A stretch of 64,000 nucleotides of DNA, taken from NCBI RefSeq assembly GCF_009914755.1, contig NC_060927.1. One strand, given 5' to 3'. The notes under the pieces are model-generated. The model had not been told where the DNA came from, searched no databases, and saw only the letters and a list, made by a program, of their open reading frames with translations. The stretch comes from the human T2T-CHM13v2.0 reference genome, Homo sapiens. Numbering within the stretch: position 1 is the stretch's first letter; each line of letters begins with the position of its first letter. The position numbers were made by a program, and so were the translations under genes. Below, in pieces: positions 55,696 to 64,000 of the stretch.

Positions 55696-56272
55696 CAAAA
55701 TTCTTGATAAACTCTAGTCTCAAAGGACATGGTGTGTTTATCTGTCAAGATTGATGCTTTCTCAAAATGAATGTGTTTCTCAGTCACTATGCGGAATGAC
55801 CAAGGATTCTTGGGAAATAAATGGACTACCAATGATGTTTATACTTTCCCAAATATCTTGCGTTCAAGAAGAAATGTATTTGCATGAATAAACACATGGA
55901 AAATCTGCAAGGTATAGATTCTACCTTAAGGCCAGGTACTTTTCTGTGTTTCTTAGTACCTGAACTCATGAACTCTCTCATTACAACTAACGTTATATGC
56001 TGGAGGAAGGTGTGTGTTGAAGAAATTGTTCTCCATCTGCTATTACTCCTTAGAGTCTTGAAGTCAATACTTGAATATTACCAGTGCAGCACAATGACTG
56101 GTCAATGACTCAACATACAGCTGCAATATTAACTCAGGGTATGATTCACAAATGATTCTTTTTCTATTATAGTTGCTGACAGAGTCCTGGCAATGAACCC
56201 AGTCTTTTTGAGAAAAGTTGATCTTGGCAATGAATCCAGTCTTTAGAGAAAAGCTGATCATTGTTTGCGAGA

Positions 56273-56335
56273 CTGTGTGTATGTGTGTGTGTGTGTGTGT
56301 ACACACAGATGAGGGGGTATATATATATACACATA
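56273..56335. repeat. (TG)n/(TA)n microsatellite
   Basis: Direct reading. Confidence 0.85.
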
Positions 56336-56419
56336 CAGAGCAGCAAGATGGAACCAAAATATATGGGTATATTGGGAGAGCATTTTATCCCGGCTTGTCA
56401 GTATTCCAGTATTTTCCTC

Positions 56420-56620
56420 CCTGCTATGAGAATTAGTGTTGAAGTCAGACAGATCTGGGTTCAAATCATGGTTCTGTCACTTAATTGGTTATGTTCTGTG
56501 CCTTCTCTGAGCTTCAAACAATTGAAAAGAATAACATTTTTAAGCTACTGCAAAGTTGTTGGAAAGAGTAACTAAAAAGAGTACATTTAGAAATCACATC
56601 TGAATGGGCACATAATAAAC
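56420..56620 (+). mobile_element. MIR
   Basis: ttgaagtcagacagatctgggttcaaatcatggttctgtcacttaattggtt...tctctgagcttca. Confidence 0.65.
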
Positions 56621-57101
56621 ACTTTTTTAATTGTCCAGGTTCCATAGATTTAGCCCAAATAACATTATTTTTTTCATAAAAATCAAAATAGAGGGGTTTT
56701 AACCAAAGGTGCTTAGAGTCACGCAACTACACATTTTGCGACAATATTATGGGTACAGTTTTAGAAAATGTCATTTAGATGCAAATGCATGGAAATAAAT
56801 AAACAAACTAGAAATCATATAAATGCAAAACACATTTTAGGATTGTATTTCATTTTATCTCCTAATGTTTAATAACACACACATACACACACACCATGGA
56901 CTTCGAGCCCTGGAAACCACCCCTTGCCCCTATATAAATGACACTTTGCTCGTCATTTTTATTTTTTAATGGTTAATGATTTCCATGTAATAATTGCCAG
57001 TTTTCCTCCACCCCTTTGTCCCCTGCTGCAAAAGATCTAATCTATTCAGAGGAAGATAATTGCAGAGCTGTTGAAACAAAAAAGAAATCGCTGCATCTCA
57101 C

Positions 57102-57335
57102 CACTGTTGTGCGCCTCCAGCTGCGAGGCAGAGTTGACAGCAACCTTGCATAGCGAACAGTAAAGAAGCCGTTTTGCCTTTTCTTCCTCGGTCTCAGTAG
57201 AAGGACATGAGCTATTGCCAGTGGCTGTCGTTGGGCTTTTTTCCACTTTAGAGGTGATCTCAGTTGTCATAACACTGCTTTTGCGGATTTCCACAGTTGT
57301 CGTCGTTGATATTGCTGGTGTCCCTGCAGTACCGT
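57102..57335 (-). CDS. ZNF385D: ZNF385D internal coding exon (upstream exons lie beyond the right edge)
   Basis: ttattttgaatacag|ACGGT...AACAGTG|gtgaga; 234 nt; (D)GTAGTPAIS...EEEKAKRLLYCSLCKVAVNSASQLEAHNS(G); joins the next exon to give a matrin-type C-x2-C...H-x5-H finger. Confidence 0.96.
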
Positions 57336-60300
57336 CTGTATTCAAAATAACACAGAAAAAAGGGGGAAAAACAATGGTATTATCTTTCCCTATTCAGGAA
57401 TGTATCATGAATATTGCATTCTGCTTATAATGATAAGAGCAGCTAGCAATTGCTGTTTGTCAAGGATGCATCAATCACCTCACAAAAAAATTCACATAGA
57501 TGACCATATTTAATTTTATGTATTAAAATAACACTTTCAGATGATTCTTGAACATCAACATAAATACAAGTTAAAAATATTCTATGGGGTAAATATCCAC
57601 AAATTTCTCTTGTTAACACATAGCCTTAGTACAACAATATTTATAATATATTGTAGTCTCTCAATACATATTTCTAAATGGCTTTTTCTAGATTTTTAAA
57701 CAATTAAAATAGAAGATAAATGCTTTTAAGATACTTTGATTTTTCTTTACTACTTATCTATTTTACTTCTGTCTTTCATTGTTTCTTTTTTTAATTAAAA
57801 AACAGGTACAGATCCTTTTGCAAATGCTTATACAAAAAAAAAAAAAAAAAAAAAAAAAAAACCGGAACCCTGATGCCATAATTGCTTTGACCAGATCAAC
57901 AGTTCAGAAAATCATTGCTCTATTTGCAAAGAGTTACAATTCAACACAAGGTACAAAAATCATCAATATTAAAAGAAGAAGAAGACTAGTCTAGCATATC
58001 TATTAAATACATGCCCTGTACCAAGCTGTACGCAGGGAGTTTGTGGCAAAAATATTCAGACATCAATAGCCACTATTCACAAGGAATTCGCAGGATGGCC
58101 ACATCATGCTGTTGTCACATTGTTTTAAGAGTTAAATGATCATGAAAATGTTGATGCACTGTAACTCTACAACCCTTCTGGCTCTAAAGTCTGATGCTAA
58201 ATCTGGAGAGATCAATCTCCAAAGTAAAACTACCCTGTCTTAACTTTACTTGGGTATGCACAGCTCCCCTTCCAAATATGCCAATCACTGTTACGTTAGC
58301 AATGTTTGCCATACCCAATAACAAATTGCAAATAAGCTCTACACTCATATCCTATCTACCCATATACTACTTTTTTGCCTCTCAGCTAGTTCTTAACTTC
58401 CTCTCCAAAATATTCCTAGGCTGCCTCTCCAGCTACATCTGCTATTGAAGCTGTCTCTCATTCCATATACTGCTATGGTCACTATCTAATGCTACACTGA
58501 AAAGTCCATGATAAAGAGACTTGGCCAGGATGTAAGGACAAGTGGTCTGTCTGCAATTAAGTGTTGTCTGCATAAATGCTTACTTCTTGTTAGTTCATTA
58601 CTACCAAGAGTTGACTGCAGCTACAGAATGACTCTTAACTGGAATATCCCCTTTCATCCAGGCATAGGGGTGAAAATATGGGTGAGGTTTTTCATTGCTT
58701 TTCTAAATAGGGCATCAGAAACACTAGTCAATAAAAAGAGAAATGAGTCCTTGTTGAAGGGCTGTTGTATAAAAAAAACTCATCTGGATCTTGTTTCCTT
58801 TGCCTGACACTTCACACACTTTCAATCACTTATTTACCTGCTAAGATCATCAAGTAAGTCTCTTTCAGTGTGATAAAGAACATTCACCTACCAAGTTTTC
58901 AAAATCATGCTGCAAATCTGTGTCTCATGGCTAGAGAAAAATAAGTAAAATTACCCTAACACTAAGTTTTGTCACTAGAATACATTTATTCCCTTGCACA
59001 CTGAAAGGTCCACTCCCTGATTAGTTTTTATTTGCCTGTTAATGTTCCATTATTAAAATATGAAGTAACTGCCAAAAATATATCTTGAGAACCTAGAGAT
59101 GGAATAAAACATGACAACTTTAAGATGGTGCCATAGCTGATTATTGCCCCCTATATACCAGAAATGATTGTTTGAAAGCGTGTGTGTATGCATCTGTGAA
59201 TAAACAACAAGTAGCTAATTTGCGAAGTGTTTTACATACTTAAAATAACTGTACATACTTATAAAATAATTTCATTTTTTATTGTATAAATTGTATGTAT
59301 TTATAAAGTAATTCCACAGTACAGAGCTGCAAAAATGAGAAAACTCTAGAAGTTAAGAAAATTTCCCAAGGACACAAAAGTAGTATATTGTGAGCCCGAG
59401 CCAAGCATTTCATGGAACAAGAAAATCAGATTTTGAGGCAAAAAAAAAAAAAAAAAAAGTTGGGAATGATACTCTTGGCCATGACTGTGATTCTGCATAG
59501 TAAGGTCACAGGGAGCAGTGGGCTAAAACCACTAAATTGTTCTTAGGATCAGCTCTATCAGGAGTGATAACCGTAAATACAGATATTATATTTAAACTTA
59601 GTTTGGCCACACACTGAAGCCAGCGTGACACTGTGGGTATTTACTTCATTGAAATCTACTATGGTAAAGATTTCCCTAGTAATACCCTGCTCTAACAACT
59701 TTTCCTCTGGATTGACTTGGTCTTAATCTGAAAATGGCGCATAGTATAGATCATAGTAATCCTAAACTAACTTTCCTATTTATAGTGCAATTTGTTAACA
59801 AAAGCATAGAATAAACAAAACCAGGAATCTTTCGATTCCTGTGACATCTACGTTAGTGTTTCTCTGACCCCAGAGGTTAATGTACATTTAAACCAAAGAC
59901 AACAGAAGATTAGAGACATCAGATTCTCTGTGCCTAGGGGTTAGTGAAGTATTAACATTTCTTAAGGCAAGTTCCTTGCATGAGACAGGCTTAGGGGAAT
60001 TAATATCAACACTCAACTTCTGGTGTGTCTACTTTCTGGAATACTTTTGACCACATAGCTAACCATAAATTTGTTATTTTCTAAGCATGTAGTTAGTGTG
60101 AAAGAAATAAAAAGTTATATTTTTTATCTTAAATTTAATATGTAGAACTTGACTCCATAAAGATAGGAATACTATTAATTTTTAAGTAGTAATGGATTTT
60201 TCACTTACCTTTTAACAGTGATAAAGGGGTGTTTTTTAAACCAAGAAAGTAAGGTAAATATATTTTAGCATTATGACTTATTCAAAGAAAGTCATCTGTT

Positions 60301-60409
60301 CTATACAATGCATACATATAGCAAAGAAGTTTACTTTAATATGGTACATTAAATTACCAGTTATAAATAATTATTGTCCACACATTAAAATAGAATCTTA
60401 AATGAATGA

Positions 60410-60895
60410 TAATGTTAACAGCAGCATATACCCTTGACATGATGTGATGAAAATTACCTCTGTGGGCTTCCTTCTCGTAACCCCTGTCTAACCATGAGAA
60501 AAACAGAAAACAAACCTAAACTTAAGGACATTTATCAAATTCCTGACCAGTACTCCTCAAAACTAGCAAGGCTATCAAAACAAGGAAAGTGTGCAGAACT
60601 ATCACAGTCTAGAGGAGCCTAAGGAAATATGAGAAATCAGTGTAACATGGGATCCTGAATGAGATTCTAGGGCAAAAGAACATTAGGTAAAAACTTGGAA
60701 AATCAAATAAAGAATGGGCTTTAGTTAAACTAATGTATGAATACTGATTCATTAGTTGTGATAAATGTACAACATTAATGTGAGATGTTAACAATAAGAG
60801 AAGCTTGATGCAGGGTATATGGGAACTTTCTGATATATTCTTGAATCTTCTCTGCAAATCTAAAACTATTCTAGAGTTAAAGTTTATTACTTTAA
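60410..60895 (+). mobile_element. Ancient L1MC/L1MD 3' end fragment
   Basis: tgaccagtactcctcaaaact...aaacaaggaaagt...gaggagcctaagga...gggatcctg...gggtatatgggaactttc...gcaaatctaaaactattctag. Confidence 0.75.
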
Positions 60896-62947
60896 GAAAA
60901 ACAGAATTATAACCAGTCAACAAATGGTGCATCATTCAAGTTACTTTGTAGAATCATAATCAGAAAGAAGCTTAATGGCTTTATAGCATAGTTTTCTTAA
61001 TTTTTAGATAGAGAAGTTTCAGGAAATTTCTCAAGGTCACATAGTGCTCTGAGATAATAACTAAGACTTGACATTGTATCTCCCAATGCCAAATCTAGTG
61101 TGTATTATCTTACCTGCAGTTACTCATGCACTCAAACTTTATTACATCAACATTTATTAAGGAACTATTTTGTGCTAAGTTCTGTCCCAAGCCACTGGGG
61201 ATAAGAAGGCCAATAAACATAGATCATGTACTTAGTGGCAGAATAGTTTATGAGACATCCCATAAAGACTTGAAATAATAACTATTATTATAAACTTCTT
61301 AATCTGCTTTATTCTTTGCTATATTCTTGCACTTATACTTGGCATGAAATGGGCACTCAATAAATATTGAGAGAAAACAATGAATAAATTAATAATAGCT
61401 AATCATCGTGGAAGCACTTTTAAAGTATTTACAAGTATTAACTCATAAAAAACAAGAGGTGCACAACGTTTGTTTTATCATCATAGCAACAAAACTGAGG
61501 TATGGAGAAATTTGGGAACTTGCCCAACGCCAGAGCTGCCAACAGGTAACACAATGATTTGAACACAGTCTGGCTCAGTTGCATGTGCTCTTCATTTGTT
61601 TTTTATTGTTTAAAATTTAATTTTTTATAAAATAATTGAATTCGTCCTGATTTATTATGCATGCTGAAAGACAACATCTTAAACATTTGACTATAAAAGA
61701 AACTAAGCGTGGCCCAAGCTAGAGTCAATTACATATATCCAAATACCATAATGCTAAGGTATTAAGTTGCTTAAAATCATTTAGAAGGAGGAAAGAAAAG
61801 GAAAACCTATAGCTCTCAACTAACCTCTTGTGCAGAATGGTAAGAATAAACCACAGGGCTTCATTGCACCTTTTTTTCCCCCTGCAAAAGATGAGAAAGT
61901 AGGAAAACGATTCGCTTTTCTTACTGATTCCCAAAGGCTGATTCAGATTTCTTTGCACTACTCTACCAAAGACTCTGGGACAATATATGTGACAAGGAGT
62001 TAAAAATAATGGGTGAAATTCAGTGAGAAGAGAAAGATTTGAGATGGTTTGGGCTTGCATTTCTGTGCCATTTTTCTGCCAGCGCCCTGTAGCAAATATT
62101 CATTACTGCAACTGTCACTATTTGGCTTTGGCATCAAAACAGGTTGCTAATACGTTGTGGAATGGGGCTTCAGTTGAGAATAAAAGGAAACATCAGTATT
62201 CAAAGTGGCCCATTTGTGACCTTCGTCTTGTATAAAAACACTGTAAATACTTCTTTAAAAAAATCCATAAAGCATAAGAAAGGATTCCAAAAAATATCAA
62301 CACTTGAATTTTGGATAGTAACATGGAGCAGCCAAGTTACATGGTCTGGGCAAGAAATTTATTCCTCTGGTTACAGACTTCATAACTCAAGTGGAAAAAC
62401 CATAGGTGAGTTACTAGAGTTTCCTCTCAGGTAACAGGGATTAGTGTTATAACCCAAAGATGTTCATCATGTTTTCCTGTAGATTGAAGGCTCAGAATTA
62501 CATCTGATTTATTTTCTTCTTTCCTATGTGAATTTAAGTCTCACTCAGACTTGCTAGGAAATGAAGAAAACAGCTGCTTCCTCATAAATGTGCTGACATT
62601 CTGAAGTAGAAAAAGGTGCTTCTGACCAAAAACAAAAACAAAAACAAAAACAAACCACCAGTCTTTAGAAATTATTCCTGGTGGTTTCTTTTCTACCACT
62701 TTTATCTCATTTAACTAAAATTTATTGAGCCCATACCACACTCTTAGACCCAGGCAGGAATGGCTTTGGCACTGGGCTGTGCTTAAAAGTCCCTTTATTT
62801 GTGGGCTTTTTTTTTTTTTCTTGTAAAATAAAAAAAGTTCCTACAGGGTTCTGTAACCAATTGAGCAGATGGGAATTATGGGAAAGGGAAGTGAGAATTG
62901 AACTGGGTGCCCCAAAGGCCAGAGTACAGAGGCTGGGAGTTCATAAG

Positions 62948-63054
62948 TGTGTGTGCACACTTATGAGTGTATATGTCTATGTGTATGCATGTGCATGTAT
63001 GGCTATATGTGTATATCTGTGTATAAGTGTGTGTGTGTGTGTGTGTGTGTGTGT
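62948..63054. repeat. TG-rich low-complexity tract ending in (TG)n
   Basis: Direct reading. Confidence 0.85.
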
Positions 63055-64000
63055 TGAGAGGTTGGAAGATATCACAACTTCTATCTGGAAACCAGAGAAA
63101 GAGTGGCTGTTTTTGTACACAGTACACATTTGGCCACCCCAAATCACAAAAATGTATGTCTAAGCAGAAAAAGTCCCCCTGCTCTGAATTCCTCACTCCC
63201 ATCTGCTAGAGTGGTATAGCTGTAGAAAGTGCTTTAAACGGCCTAGAAATCCCAAAGCCACCAAATGAGGCTGTGGAGAAATCAAGTGCTCCACTCCACT
63301 TTGCAGGGTACCTGATTTGGGTAGGTCCAGTCACCAGCCAGAAGTTCTGGCTTTGGGCACTGCTTCCGCTCTGTTCTTACAAATCTGCTTCACTACCAGG
63401 CTCAAGGCTGATTCAGGTGAGGGGATTCTTTATTCTCCAGGTCCCAAGGACAATTCCTGGGGAACAAAGTGTGGAGTTGCTAGGCGAAACTTGATACATA
63501 TTTAGATATATGGCATATAGTCTCCATTTGTACGCTCGGTCCTGAAAATTTTGGGGGTCTGTCTTATAGAACCCATCCATATACAGGATGCTGTGTTAAT
63601 CACAGGAGGTAAAAAATAAATGCAATATAAGTTGTATATGCAAGAGTAATAGGACTCTAATATAAGAGTGGAGGGAACAATGAATTCACTCTCCTTGAGA
63701 AGAATAAGCTGGAAGAAGTATTACTAGAAAACATTAGAAAAATGAATTGCACTTCAAACTGATTTCACTGTGTCTCTAATGGTCTGTGACTTGGTAGTTC
63801 CATGCAAAAAGTAATCACATATACTTTTCATCAAGTGACAAGTTCTTCCCCATAGTAGCCTGCATGAAACTCTAATGTTCTAAGGGATTGGGTGACTATA
63901 CTATTTCTTTCTACCTTTACATTATTTGAACTAAATTTCCCAAGCCTTGTATGCATTAAAAATTTTAGAAAGGAGATTTTAAAATTTACAAAACAAAAAT

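Noticed and set aside
61780-62440. Possible conserved intronic element, CTCF-like site (cagcgccctgtagc) or antisense exon
   Set aside because: The motif match is weak, and conservation or expression cannot be judged from this sequence alone.

Overview
This is primate (most likely hominoid) nuclear DNA, not microbial. It resembles the locus that in human lies at 3p24.3. The right half holds the last four coding exons of the matrin-type zinc-finger gene ZNF385D on the minus strand (57335-57102, 45799-45621, 44190-44089, 41573-41340), all with canonical GT-AG sites and consistent phases. A roughly 11 kb AT-rich, transposon-poor stretch follows and probably contains a long alternative 3' UTR. The left half is almost entirely transposon-derived: the 5' part of a deleted HERV-H provirus (LTR7, tRNA-His PBS, gag/pro/pol remnants), a nested MLT1/MADE1/Alu/MER4 stack, a solo LTR12C, a near-complete Tigger1 and a near-full-length old L1MA. 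That L1 carries four Alus and a processed VENTX homeobox pseudogene (probably VENTXP7) with target-site duplication and poly(A). I see no convincing previously undescribed biological system. The best leads are the VENTX retrocopy (intact homeobox behind one stop, in-frame L1 ATG), an HERV-H that seems to have lost its leader and splice donor, a twin-primed L1 inversion with a large internal gap, and alternative polyadenylation of ZNF385D. Repeat subfamily calls come from remembered consensus sequences and need RepeatMasker/Dfam confirmation.
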